Shown piece after piece: positions 1 to 12,643 of a DNA stretch of 64,000 bases (position 1 is its first letter; every line of letters begins with the position of its first letter). The stretch lies in the NCBI RefSeq assembly GCF_006345805.1, contig NC_043018.1, positions 19,282,001 through 19,346,000 of the forward strand, given 5' to 3'. Made by a program: the position numbers and the translations under genes. A model generated the notes under the pieces. It was given only the letters and a program-made list of their open reading frames with translations. It did no database searches and was not told the DNA's origin. This DNA is from Octopus sinensis. Its lineage: Eukaryota.

Positions 1-448
1 GAGTTCTTTTACACTGTTCCACAGGGAAAAGTTGTAGGTCTTAGAGCTAAAAAAAAACTGATTTTAATCTATTCGGTGCAGTGAGAGTCGCCTATCTCTC
101 TTAGGTCAACTGTTTAAATCAGTGGCTTCTAATCTTATTTTGGTTCCCGCCTCCCTTGACACCCAGGCTACATTCCTAGCGTCCCTACTCCAACTAACCA
201 TCACAAACACAGACCTCTTCCTGAAGCAAATTGAAGGCAACTGTATTTCACAAATAAAACTTAACTTAATGAAGCCATTATTTTGATGTTTTCACATGAA
301 TCACCACCCTATTATCGCCCTAATTTTTACATGAATCGCTTCCTCATCATCGCCCCACTTTTCTTCAACGCCCTCTTGGAACTTTCTCCGGCCCAGTTTG
401 AGAGGCACTGGTTTAAATGATCACTGAAAATGAGATCATAATTTAGAC

Positions 449-710
449 TGATCATCATCATCATTGTTCGACCGTGGTCGAGACAATGGAATTTACCATG
501 CTACGCCAGACTTCACGGTCCATCATGGCATTACGGAGGTCCTGTTGCTGGATGCCTGTATCCCTGGAGATTACATCAGTGTAGGAGAGTGTGCGCCCTC
601 TGGTATTACGAGTAGATGGCTTCCAGAGGAGAAGAGTAGAAATTACTTCTTTTTTCAGCTCTACAACAATGTCCAGCAAACTGGACTCTCCTACCTTTCA
701 CAAGACTGAT
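449..710 (-). mobile_element. 3' end of an RTE-like non-LTR retrotransposon (5'-truncated relic)
   Basis: ORF 461-679 peptide LLLWKP...RGR.LSY.D.I.RDTG...DL.NAM.DR..WR resembles the C-terminus of RTE-like RT ORFs. It runs directly into a (TGA)n tail (449-463). Confidence 0.65.
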
Positions 711-1044
711 GGGTAAATGAGACAAAGAAGGGAATCTAAATTTAACGATGGAGACAAGAAAAAAGGCTTGGAGGTGATTCTAGAGATTAAGAGTTTAGTG
801 CAAGTCGTCTGTTTTGAGTAAAGATGGTGATGTAAATTTAGAATTAAAGCAATATTTGTAGAAAAAAGATTTATAAAAAATATGGATTTTTAAGATTTTA
901 CTATAATCTTAAATTTATCCAAAAGTTGTTCAAAATTTAGGTTATGCAACTCATGGTCATTATACGTAAGATATAAAGTTTCAACTGCGGTAGGCACTCT
1001 TAAAGCTTCTCACCTTACATGAGTGAAATCATACATAAAATATA

Positions 1045-1278
1045 TATTTCTTTACTACCCACAAGGGGCTAAACATAGAGGGGACAAACAAGGACAGACA
1101 AACGGATTAAGTCGATTACATCGATCCCAGTGCGTAACTGGTACTTAATTTATCGACCCCGAAATGATGAAAGGCAAAGTCGACCTCGACGGAATTTGAA
1201 CTCAGAACGTAACGGCAGACGAAATACGGCTACGCATTTCGCCCGGCGTGCTAAATGTTTCTGCCAGCTCGCCGCCCT
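1045..1278 (-). mobile_element. SINE family B monomer (tRNA-like head GGCGGCGAGCTGGCAGAAAC; central GCCTTTCATC..TTCGGGGTCGAT motif)
   Basis: Matches more than 10 copies in the window. Flanked by a 14-bp TSD ATACATAAAATATA (1031-1044 and 1279-1292). Confidence 0.9.
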
Positions 1279-1854
1279 ATACATAAAATATAGTTTTGCT
1301 CTCATTACAATGAAGCTGTGTAAACGTCGGAAGATGTAGCATGAGGTTATAAAAACCAAAACAAAACAAAACAAAAAGAAGCAAAATAGTATTATTGTAA
1401 AAAATTGCGAATAAATAACGGAATAAGAGAATAAGATCACGAGTGCAAAACTATCTGCATACATATTGCTTTAATTCTTCCGATTTTCGGTACTATCATT
1501 GCTCAAAATCGATGCCAGAAGATCTCAGCGCTTGGAAACTGGTTTCATCAAGATTGCACATACAATGTTTACATTAACACAGATCCTCGAAGCATCATGG
1601 GATATACATCTGCACTAAACAGATTCTTCTTTTCATGATTAATGCATGCAATTCTAGGGCGAGGTTCTCATTTCGTAACCTACATCATAACGATTCATTT
1701 TCTTGTTTGTTACTTTATGATTTTTTACTCAAAACTATTCCGGAACCACGCTTATTGTCTCAGCGCTCTATGGTGAATTATCAATTGCTTGCTACCGTTA
1801 TTTCGTCATCCTCTGTTAATGACACGCATGCTCAATTCTAAACACACGTACTCT

Positions 1855-1900
<46 letters not shown>

Positions 1901-1982
1901 TAATTCACAAACACATACATAATATACAAACTATACATGCATACACACATACACAAATATATAGATATATTATATATATATA

Positions 1983-2030
<48 letters not shown>

Positions 2031-2039
2031 TATAATATC

Positions 2040-2088
<49 letters not shown>

Positions 2089-2092
2089 ATAT
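1855..2092. repeat. Compound (CA)n/(TA)n microsatellite
   Basis: Read directly from the sequence; explains the YI/HT-rich pseudo-ORFs. Confidence 0.95.
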
Positions 2093-2305
2093 TGTGAAAT
2101 AGGAAGATGAATAATCTTGTTGCAGATTAATCGAAAGTTTAACCGATACCTTGGTAGCAAAAATCACAGCAGAAGACAGCACGGTTGGAGGTACAACCAT
2201 ATGGTGTTGCAACCGTGCGTTGGTGCGGATAATTGAATTTTAATATTATTAGTGAATTGAAGAAATGGAGTTGAACGAAGATTGAACAGAAATCGTTTTA
2301 TTGCA

Positions 2306-2385
2306 TTCTACACGTGTTTCAAAAGGCACAATTTACCAAATTCCGATTGAATAATGAGACCATATTGTGTCTTTCTCTTCAGGAA
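2306..2385 (-). ncRNA. Minimal type-I hammerhead ribozyme (minus-strand copy)
   Basis: Minus strand reads UUC-CUGAAGA-GAAAGACACAAU...AUUGUGCCUUUU-GAAA-C-ACGU-G-UA-GAA. Same fold as the plus copy, with a G-U pair at the base of stem II. Confidence 0.7.
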
Positions 2386-2435
2386 GAAATAGGAAATCCG
2401 TTCTGTTTTTGTTTATTCCAACGGATTCCTATTTC

Positions 2436-2513
2436 TTCCTGAAGAGAAAGACATAATATGGTCTCATTATTCATTGGAATTTGGTAATTGTGCCTTTCGA
2501 AACACGTGTAGAA
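2436..2513 (+). ncRNA. Minimal type-I hammerhead ribozyme (plus-strand copy)
   Basis: Core CUGAAGA 2439-2445; stem II 2446-2457/2487-2498 (11 of 12 pairs); GAAA 2499-2502; stem III C-ACGU-G with palindromic loop; GUA site, predicted cut after 2510; short stem I UUC/GAA. Confidence 0.75.
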
Positions 2514-2568
2514 TGCAATAAAACGATTTCCTGTTCAATCTTCGTTCAACTCCATTTCTTCAATTCAC

Positions 2569-2627
<59 letters not shown>

Positions 2628-2676
2628 TGTATATACATACACACACACACACACACATATATATATAAATATATGT

Positions 2677-2880
2677 GGAGGCGCGTGGCTTAGTGGTTAG
2701 GATGTCAGCATCATGAGCGTAAGATTGTGGTTTCGATTCCTGGACCGGGCGACGCGTTGTGTTCTTGAGCAAAACACTTCATTTCACGTTGCTCCAGTCC
2801 ACTCAGCTGGGGAACATATACGCCATTGAAACCAGGAAGCCAAGTCCATGAGCCTGGCTAGGCTTTAAAAGTGCACATTT
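2677..2880 (+). mobile_element. SINE family E (tRNA-like head plus CORE-like segment, internally deleted)
   Basis: A-box GGCTTAGTGG, B-box GGTTTCGATTCC, then GTGTTCTTGAGCAAAACACTT. Head shared with 17696-18015; 3' part related to 18090-18350. Confidence 0.75.
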
Positions 2881-3027
2881 GTTTTTTATATAAATATATA
2901 TATGTATGTATGTATTTCAGGACGGCTATTCTACATTATATCACCGGTACATATCACATTTTTATAGTAAAAACTAATTAGTTACCACAGTCAAATGACT
3001 GAAACAAGTAAAAGAGTAAAAGAGTAT

Positions 3028-3083
<56 letters not shown>

Positions 3084-3127
3084 AAAAATATCATGAGAGA
3101 GAGAGAGTGAGATAGAGAGATAGAGAG

Positions 3128-3173
<46 letters not shown>

Positions 3174-4000
3174 GAGAAACGGATAGAGAAAGCAAGAGAA
3201 AGAGAGGGGAGAGGTCTCCGAAAACATATTTTGTTCTTGAAGATTAGATTCAACAATCAACTCACTTCCACCGCCGCAACGGCGGGAAGTACGTCATAGC
3301 GTTGTTGTCGAACGAAATCACGTGAAGTCACATCCAACACTGTCACGTGGTTCTAATTAGACAAATGATACTGCACACGCTTAAATGTAAATCAATAAAC
3401 AAGAAAATAATAAGTAAGGACCTAAAATTGGCAGCGACTTGAAGAGTTCTTTAATGAATTGTGACTAGATTATTACCATATTTTTTTTTTTGTTGTTTCA
3501 ACTTTTCACATAAAGCAGACGATAGCGAATTAAGAGTTTTATGGTTTTATATTCTTTGGCTGTTCAACTCGCAATTTAGCACGTTGTTATTTTTGGCCAC
3601 CTCATCTGGCAGTTTATGGAATGGCGTGAGAAGGGAGATGAAGGGTAAAGGATGAGCGGGGAAACGGGATTAGAAGAGAAAGGAGAGGAGAAAGGGTAAC
3701 ATTATGATATTTATTTATCGATCTGATATGACAGTATGTTTGATATTTTTTGATTGCGCATCACACACATATTTATATGTGCATACACACATACTCACAT
3801 ACACGTACATACACACAAACCCTCACACACACACACTCAGACAGACAGATAGACACACACACACACATATATGTCATATTACAGTCGTCATAAAAATATA
3901 TAAACTTTCGATAGAACGTGCAATAATTCTGTTTCGGAATTGGTTCTCGAAGTACATATGACCCTATAAACAATAGCATGTAATTATGTATGTGTATACA

Positions 4001-4068
<68 letters not shown>

Positions 4069-4297
4069 CATACACATATATGTATAAATATGTATACGTA
4101 TATGTATGTATGTGTATATATATATATGTATATATATGTGTATATATAAGAAAGGTCCACTGTACTGCCACAAAAATGTTCAAGCAATATGAGGTTTGCT
4201 TGCTGTAAGTTAGGTTGTTTGCCTAGACTTGCAATATAAATGTGTTTGATTCTAAAATGTATTTTTGAAAGAGTGTTCAATTTAATAAAAAATCTCC

Positions 4298-4690
4298 TTT
4301 TCTTCTCTTGTTTCAGTCATTAGATTGCAACCATGATGGTGTCTTGAAGAATATTTGTCAGAAGAATCGACCCTAGTGTTTATTTTTTCTTTTAAAACTG
4401 GTACTTATTATATTAGTCTCAATCGAACCGCTAAGTCACGGGGACGTAAGCACACCAACACCAGTTGTGAAGCGGTGGTGACAAATACAGACACAAAAAC
4501 AGACACAAATACACGCACATACGCGCGCGCGCGCACACACACACACACACACACGGTAAGTTTCTTTCAGTTTCTGTCTATCAAATCCATTCGCAATGTT
4601 TTGGTTGGTTCGAGGTTACAGTAGAAAACACTTGGAACTAAACCCGGAACTATGTAGCCTGCAAGCAAATGTCTTAGCACACGGCCAAGT
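4298..4690 (-). mobile_element. Old diverged SINE family A copy
   Basis: Contains CTTGTTTCAGTCA..ACCGCTAAGTCACGGGGACGTAA..(CA)n..TTCAGTTTC.GTCTA.CAAATCCA, colinear with the young A copies. Confidence 0.75.
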
Positions 4691-4959
4691 TGGTGATTGT
4701 GCGTATCTCTCGTTAGTTTGGTGGTCATGTATATCTCCGTTTAATTAGAAGTTACTTTCCGAAATGTCTGCACTTATTGACCATTTGTGATCGGAAATTT
4801 AAATAGTTAATTGAGTTGTAAACTTTCCGAAATTGAGAGCATCCTCTGAATAGCAAAATACACACACTTTAAATTCGTAGTATATAGCTTATATATTTCA
4901 TGGGTTTTCCATTTGATATTGAATGCAGTACCGCTTTCTTTCAATTCTATCATTTATCT

Positions 4960-5640
4960 AACTCTTTTCGATTATTCTTAAGAAGCATGTATGGTTGTGA
5001 CATTGGTGTTTAAATGTACCATTTATCATACCGACGTCCATTTATATTCAGTATATACATTTGAATTTGTGTGATCTGTGCTTTATAAATACTTGCTTCA
5101 GCGTTGCATGACTGATTAAAAGGGAACGCGTTATCTACCTCCGTTTGGTTTTGCCGAATTGGTTGAAATAAAATTGTTCATATCAATGTTGCAGCTGTAG
5201 CTTATTTTTAGGTTCTATTAAATATTTCCCTCTGATAGGGGTTTATAGGAAAACGTTTGTTAATTCAGACTGACAGGGTTTTTTTTTTACGATGTTTAAT
5301 GTTATATTCAATATGATATATTCCAATCTGTTTTCTACAAGATGGGGTGGGAGCAAGAGACCTGGGTATATATAATTTTAACTAAATGACTGCTGGCTTC
5401 TGTTTTATTATCGCATTTATGTGCCTCTATTTCGAAAGTTTCTTTATAAGATAATATGCGGGGTTTCCTTTGCTGATATTTCTCACTAGGTTTTTGAATA
5501 ACTTCGGTGGTCGGATAGATCCTATAGTAACACACATGAGTAATTCAATGGGTTTATGTCTGACTTTCAGCGTAACATCTAAGTAATAAATTGTGCTAGA
5601 ATTAATAGATATGCAGTAATTACTCGCCATATTGCAGTTC
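4960..5640 (-). pseudogene. Penelope-like element relic (RT C-terminus, linker and GIY-YIG start)
   Basis: Across frameshifts on the minus strand, in the expected order: YLDVTL...RPPKLFKNL, ISYSCNIDMNNFIS, FPFNQSC...SIYKAQ...MYI. Confidence 0.7.
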
Positions 5641-6338
5641 ACTTATCGCGGTTTACTATTCAAGCATACGTCGATTCCTCCGTGATGTTGGTTTGTATTT
5701 ATAATAAAATAAATATATACAAATTACAATGATAAAAATATACAGTACTGTTTCTTCTTTGCGGATTTTCACCTATCGTGGGGTGTGTTTTGGAACGTAA
5801 CACCCTCAGTAGTCGAGCGATTACTGTAGTTATTTTATGAGCTAATATAAGTACTAGCCACTCATCCTTAGTCGACTGGATATATCAAGATTACTTTTCA
5901 CTTTCTGGTTCCGCTTAATTTTTTGCTAAAATCATTTTTTGTTTTTGCCAAAGAAACAAGAACATCACCAATTTGTTACAATTGTTCCAGATACTAAGAA
6001 ACTGCAGATCTGAATGCACCTCATTAACCTGAATATCGTAGACAGTGTTAGCCTATATAACAACGGAGCATGAAGGTGTAGGCTAAGCTTGACTGAGACA
6101 GCCAGCGATATTGCTGAACAGCATGTCCGAGATACTATCTATATGCCGTCACCGGATACCATGCCTTTTGGACAACTTCAGCTTGTCTGCAGTATATGTG
6201 AAATTCGCACGGATACTTCGGACAGGTTGAAGTTGACCGAAATAAACGATATCCACCGACGGCAGATAAGTACTATATCGCATATAATATTTTGATACCA
6301 TGGAGACAGTATGACGATAGTATGTCAAGATAGAAATA

Positions 6339-6500
6339 CGAGAAGTGCTGAAAAGTTGCTGGCTTTGTATAAAAGAAAATACTTGAGGATCAGTTAATTA
6401 TGATTTTATTCAACATATTCCCCTCTCAGGTTCATACACTTATTGCAGGGGTCTCTACAAAAGAACTCGGAAGATTAGGCCTCAGGCCAGGCCTTTCGCG
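6339..6500. mobile_element. Mariner-type terminal fragment
   Basis: TA followed by CGAGAAGTGCTGAAAAGTT is a mariner-like TIR. No partner TIR was confidently found. Confidence 0.5.
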
Positions 6501-6859
6501 AAACCCATGAACTTACTATAATATCTCGTGTATAGTATATTGACACACTACTATCAACATACTATCGACAACATGGATAATATCATTTCAAAATAATCAT
6601 TGCAGAGTCGTCAACTCTAACAGCTACAAGTAAAATCCGAACGATCTTCTCAACAACACAGAAGCTAAGACCAACAGCAGCACCAACACTGTCTACGAGA
6701 CTCCAAGACACAATATCGTCTGAGAGTTCTCTGTAATTGATAATCAGCTTAATTAGCGCCTCGCCAAATATTTTTTCCTCAAAGTTCAATTAATCTAATC
6801 ACCAACTGAGCGCGCGCAAGTAGCACGAACTTCTGTGTAGTAATAGCGCTCTCATGCAC

Positions 6860-7220
6860 ATACTATGCCATACAGTTCTATTATGTCAGTTACACTGTAC
6901 CATTAAAATACTACAGCTCTATCATACACCATAGTATGCCATACAGTTCTATTATATCAGTAACACAGTACCATTACAATACTAGCTCTATCGTACCCCA
7001 TACTATGCTATACAATTCTATTATATTGATAATACTATAAAACCACAGTATTATATGCTTACTATAATCCATGCTATACCATAGAGTAGTTATATCAGTA
7101 ATACAGTATTACTACAGTACTACAGTTCTATTATACATAGTACAGTACTATACAGTAGGATTACTACAGTATTGATATGGCGTTATCATATTGTACATTT
7201 ATACCGATTACATACCATTT
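6860..7220. repeat. Degenerate ~70-bp tandem repeat (ACTACAGCTCTATCATACACCATACTAT family)
   Basis: TATGCCATACAGTTCT-like motif recurs at 6864, 6935 and 7003, then decays. Confidence 0.75.
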
Positions 7221-8031
7221 CTACGCTATTAGAACTCCACAATAAACCACAAATGGAGGGTGGGTGTAGTTCTTTTGATGTGTATCTGCTTGGCTTTCAA
7301 TAGAATTGCAGGAGTCTAATGACTTCGTTAATGAGTCTGTGAACAGCAGGAATCGTAACAAATGAATTAGCAGCTCGATTCAAAGTTGTTTTAAAAATAT
7401 AATTAGAAGCAGTTCTGTAGGTAATCAATAGCGTTAACGAATATTAACAAAAACAACTGGTTTCTATAGTAGTGACTTCTAAAGCTACGGTGAAAAAGTT
7501 CGAATCAGAACAGGAAATCTAAAGACTTTACAACTATAATCTAATGACTAACATTACTTAAAAGCTTATCTCTATAGATTTTCAATAGAATTTAGAGCCA
7601 ATACTGAAAGTTATAGGGTTTCGTATACGAATACATCAATGTAGAGAATGTGATCGAAGATAGAAAACATAGTTAATGGGTGTATATACATATTTCCCAA
7701 GTTATTGCTCTCTCGTCAGCACCGCATCCAACCCATCAACTATCTAGGAACGCATTGCTTAAATACCCGCTATCCACAAACGGTGTAACTCTATTGGCTA
7801 GACCAATTTACATGTTAAGCACCCCCTGGTACCTGATACGTAAATATTAATTACTACCAAGGACACAACCATTGTGTCTTTGCTAGCAATTAATATTGTT
7901 TTTTTTTTATATTTTAGTTAGGGCATACTTCTTAAATGTTCGATGGCTCCTACTTTAAATATATTACGTCTGGCTTAGCAATTGGTTTTTCAGGTGGATG
8001 GTGTTTAAGAGTAAATATTTTATTTGGTAAA

Positions 8032-8160
8032 AGGCGGCAAGCCGGCAGTATCTCTAGCATGTTGGATAAAATGGTTAGCGGCTTTTCTTCCGATTCTACG
8101 TTCTGAATTTAAATTCCGCTGAGATCAACTTTGCCTTTTATTCCTTCGGGAGACGATGAA
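8032..8160 (+). mobile_element. Old SINE family B 5' fragment
   Basis: GGCGGCAAGCCGGCAG...TACGTTCTGAATTTAAATTCCGC...ACTTTGCCTTT. Confidence 0.65.
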
Positions 8161-8447
8161 ATGGTGAAAAACAATCTTGATAAAAATAGTGACCATTGAT
8201 TAACCAAAAGTAGCTCAGCAAATGTGGTGTTTTAAAAACTAATGGCATTAACAGGAAACGATCTGATTGGCTGAAAATAAAGACACCCCACCCTAATCAT
8301 GTAACGTGTCATAGTGTTCGTTGCTACGTCCACTGCACACACATACACACACAGGCACGCACGCATGCACGCACGCACACACACATATATTACGCATATT
8401 ACATACATACATACATACATATATATATATAAATATATATATATATT

Positions 8448-8528
<81 letters not shown>

Positions 8529-8530
8529 CA

Positions 8531-8564
<34 letters not shown>

Positions 8565-9599
8565 CATGTATGTATGTGTGTGTGGGTGCGGGTGCGGGAG
8601 GGTTTCTGCACAGTTTTCGCCGACCAAATTTCCTCCACAAAGTATTAGTTAAGCTGAGTTTATACCATAATACACTTGCCTATTGTGCCGCATAGCAGAA
8701 CCGAAACCCGAACCATTGCATCTGGTTACCAAACTAACTTCTTCCCTAAGCATAATACAGCTAAGTTCCAAGAAGCTAGTTGGGATCTGCCTCTACAAAA
8801 TTTATTACAGTGAAAAAGAGCAATCTACGTATCATATTTAAAGCAAATACACCGTTGAAATCCTTCTAAACTGAGGAAATGGTTTCGAGAAAGTATAACT
8901 TGTAGACATATAGTGTTAAAGTACACAGAAATATATCAGTATCGAAAGATAATCGTCTTATTGCCGTCAGCACCGCTGCGAAACGATTTTCATCTACTAT
9001 TAATATATTTCTATGTTTTTTTTTCGTTTATCACAGAAATATATGCTGCAATAAGAAATGCTATCTCGAAACGAATACTGCAGTTTATAAGGCTTTCAGA
9101 GATGTATCTGCTCTAAGTATGATACACAGATTACTGTTTTGAACTAACATTGCTCCTGTCACTTGTAACGAACGTTTGTTACAGTGAAGTTATCTCTTCT
9201 CCGCACAGAGTACGAACCTATATCAGTTCGTGAATTTGTTAACCACGTAGCCATAGAAAGCTTTTGCGCGATCACAAAGAAAATATACAATATGATCTAT
9301 TATAAACTGCGCAGCCTGGTTTGCTAATAAAAATTCTATTAAAATATTCAAATAAAAAGGGATAGAAAGGTAGTGGAAATGACCGCCTGTGATATTTTAT
9401 GACTTCTACAAGTCGGTCCTTAATCAATAGCGATTATTTTATTGACATATTCAATCTATATAAAAGGCAACATTTCTGTGCTTAGCATAAAACAAGTTAT
9501 TGATTTAAGCTTCTTGTTGGCGATGGGTGATTAATTTGTTGCTAAGTTGTTAACGGTTTTAGCAAATTACTCAGCCAAGAATTTTTTAAACTCGTCAAG

Positions 9600-10350
9600 C
9601 TCTACCGTACACCGTACTACACCATATAGTACCACTACAGCACTACAGCTCTAACGTAATCATGCTATACCATACTGTACTACTATAGAAACTACAGCCC
9701 TATCATATATCTTGCCATATCATTCATACAACTACAGTACTACACCATACTATACTGTACAATAACCATACAGTACGACTGCAGCACTACAGCTCGACCA
9801 TACACCATACTATACCATACTCTACTACTATAGTACTACAGCTCTATCATACACCTTACTATATCGTACGTACAACTACAATATTTCATCTCCCCCATAC
9901 ACCATACTATACCATACTCTACTGCAATAGTACTACAGCTCTATCAAACACTTTACTATATCATACGTACAACTACAATATTTCATCTCCCCCATACACC
10001 ATACTATACCATACTCTACTGCAATAGTACTACAGCTCTATCAAACACTTTACTATATCATACGTACAACTACAATATTTCATCTCCCCCATGCACCATA
10101 CTATACCATACTCTACTACTATAGTACTACAGCTCTATCAAACACTTTACTATATCATACGTACAACTACGATATTTCATCTTCACCATACACTATACTA
10201 TACCATACTCTACTACTATAGTACTACAGCTCTATCATACACTTTACTATATCAAACGTACAACTACAATATTTCATCTCCACCATACATCTTACTATAC
10301 CATACAGTACGACTATAGTACTACAGTTTTATCGTACACCATACTATATT
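9600..10350. repeat. 97-bp minisatellite (~5 copies, 9810-10320) within a TAC-rich degenerate repeat
   Basis: TACAACTAC.ATATTTCATC starts at 9871, 9968, 10065, 10162 and 10259, an exact period of 97. Confidence 0.9.
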
Positions 10351-10630
10351 ATACAGTATTGTTACGTCAATATATTCCAATCTGTTAATGCCTGTCTATC
10401 TCTCCGTCTTCCAAAACTGCGACCATCCTTGTCTTCCGTTGATAGGCAGAGTCATCTCAGGTGACCTGAGGCTTTTTAAGTTAAAGCTTTTAGCAAATTA
10501 CTCAGCCAAGAAATTTTAAAACTCGTCAAGCTCTACCATCCACCATACTACACCATATAGTACTACTTCAGTAATTAATATATACATAATTAATCCCTTA
10601 GAAAAAAAATTAAATTGGGAATAAGACTAA

Positions 10631-11032
10631 TCTTTATATATAAAAGTGAGGTTGTGTGCTGTCTGTCTCCTACGATTTAGATTCCTAACTACTCCCACAT
10701 TTTGCGGTGCAGTTTAACCAAAACCGGGTATCTTATAGTCGTGATTCATATCGAGTCCTTCTGGGTATTAGCGCGCGTCTACGATGAGTCTACGATTAAA
10801 AAAAAAATTTACCATCAATTTTTCCCATTTGTAATGCATTTTTGGCATATATAAGGGAAGTAACTCTCTAAAAATTTATTTATTATTAAATCTCAGAACG
10901 TAAAAAGCTACAGTAACACCCCCCCCCTTTGTGGTTAGCCATATTGAGATGGCTATTATACTTTACATCTCTAACAATGTTTATATAGTTATTTCCCTTA
11001 CAAACCCGAGCAACGCCGAGCGATACTGCTAG
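10631..11032 (+). mobile_element. Non-autonomous Helitron (~400 bp)
   Basis: A|TC 5' end (TCTTTATATATAAAA), subterminal imperfect hairpin CCCGAGCAACGCCGAG (11005-11020), CTAG|T 3' end, no TSD. Confidence 0.75.
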
Positions 11033-11500
11033 TAATATATATAGATATCACTAATAAACCACCTACATAAACCAAAAATAATATATAACCATACCAAGAA
11101 TAAATAAAAAAAGAAATCATAACTCTTATAAAAATACTAACATAATCATAAATCCTAATCTCAACGGCTGAATTAAAATAATCAATAAACTAATAATAGA
11201 AAAACCTAAAGAAAAATATGTCATCAATACCATATCAAAAGATAAAACCTCATTAGGACACCAATGATATTGAAGATATGAATACTCAGAGTTGTGATTC
11301 GTAGGTGATTAGGTCGCTATTTCTACCAGGTCGAACAATTATTGAGAAGCTCCGTCACTATCTCGTTCTTATTCAGGTTGTGACAGATTACAAAACTAAA
11401 AAAAAAAGGGGTCTTTTTGTGGTCCCGTTATCAGTGGCGTAGTTTGTGTGAGTGCCGCTACTCCCGAAGTAGCCCTTGAGCCTGCCGCTTCCTGCCCAAT

Positions 11501-11882
11501 GGAAGCACTCTGTCGGTTACGACGATGAGGGTTCCGGTTGATCCGAATCAACGGAACAGCCTGCTCGTGAAATTAACGTGTAAGTGGCTGAGCACTCCAC
11601 AGACACGTACACCCTTAACGTAGTTCTCGGGGATATTCAGCGTGACACAGAGAGTGACAAGGCCGGCCCTTTGAAATACAGGTACAACAGAAACAGGAAG
11701 TAAGAGTGAGAGAAAGTTGTGGTGAAAGAGTACATCAGGGATCACCACCATCCCCTGCCGGAGCCTCGTGGAGCTTTAGGTGTTTTCGCTCAATAAACAC
11801 TCACAACGCCCGGTCTGGGAATCGAAACCGCGATCCTATGACCGCGAGTCCGCTGCCCTAACCACTGGGCCATTGCGCCTCC
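11501..11882 (-). mobile_element. SINE family C, full length
   Basis: tRNA-like head with A/B boxes on the minus strand. 11-bp TSD TCCTGCCCAAT (11490-11500 and 11883-11893). Body shared with 17696, 32267 and 58850 copies. Confidence 0.9.
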
Positions 11883-12599
11883 TCCTGCCCAATATATAAG
11901 CTTATACAACAGACCCCAAATGTGCTGCCCCATAAGATCGTCCCCGGAGACAGATCACCCCAGGCACTCCTCCACAAGCTAAGCTACAGTCCGTTATCAA
12001 ATATAGTCCTTGGAATTCAAGGGTACCCGTGGTGTTCTTGATTTCAAGCCATTGATGTTTGTAGCCTCAACGTGCAGAGTTGTCTCGGCTTAAGTGAATG
12101 CAGTATAGAATTAGTTATGTTGTTAGCGACGAAGTATAGAAATAATATTTGGTAAGGAAAAAGGAAAAACAGAAATAAGACACATTCAATTACTGTAAAA
12201 TATGTGTGAAGTCTTTTGTCAACTAATTATTGATTTCTACATAAAAACGGATGAAAGCACCGGAGTAGGACTAAAAGAGAAAGAGAAAACTATAGGGAGA
12301 AAAAGAGCGAGACAGAGAGAGACACAAAGAGAGCGAGAGAAAGAGAGGGAGGAAGAAAGCGAAAAAGAGAATAAAGGGGGTGAAAACAAGAGCAAAGAAG
12401 AGAGATTCTTTCACAGTAAAACAACAAGGTGAAAAAAAAAAAAACTTCTCTTGGAACTTTCGAATGGAATCTATCAACGAGGAGTCAATAGGAAGGAAAT
12501 GTATTCATTGCGAATCGCGAAGGAATGTTTCCATCAGAAGGTTCCATTGTCTTCTGAAAGATTCTAGATGAAACGTTAGAAATGCATTTCACATTTTAC

Positions 12600-12606
12600 T
12601 TATATG

Positions 12607-12643
<37 letters not shown>

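Larger units (their letters stand above)
2250..2570. repeat. Long near-perfect inverted repeat (arms ~150 bp, 17-nt spacer), PLE-terminus-like
   Basis: 2250-2402 is the reverse complement of 2420-2570 with only a few mismatches or indels. Each arm carries a hammerhead fold. Confidence 0.9.

Noticed and set aside
60-270. Possible GIY-YIG C-terminal relic
   Set aside because: Only vague similarity and no diagnostic motif.
2677-2760. Possible tRNA genes at SINE heads (also ~11810-11882 and ~17696-17765)
   Set aside because: A/B boxes are present, but there is no complete acceptor stem or Pol III terminator, and each continues into a multi-copy SINE body.
11041-11370. Possible additional Penelope RT relic
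   Set aside because: A-rich and too degenerate to recover ordered motifs.
12551-12585. CUGAAAGA...GAAACGUUAG hammerhead-like string
   Set aside because: Core spacing is wrong and stem I does not pair.
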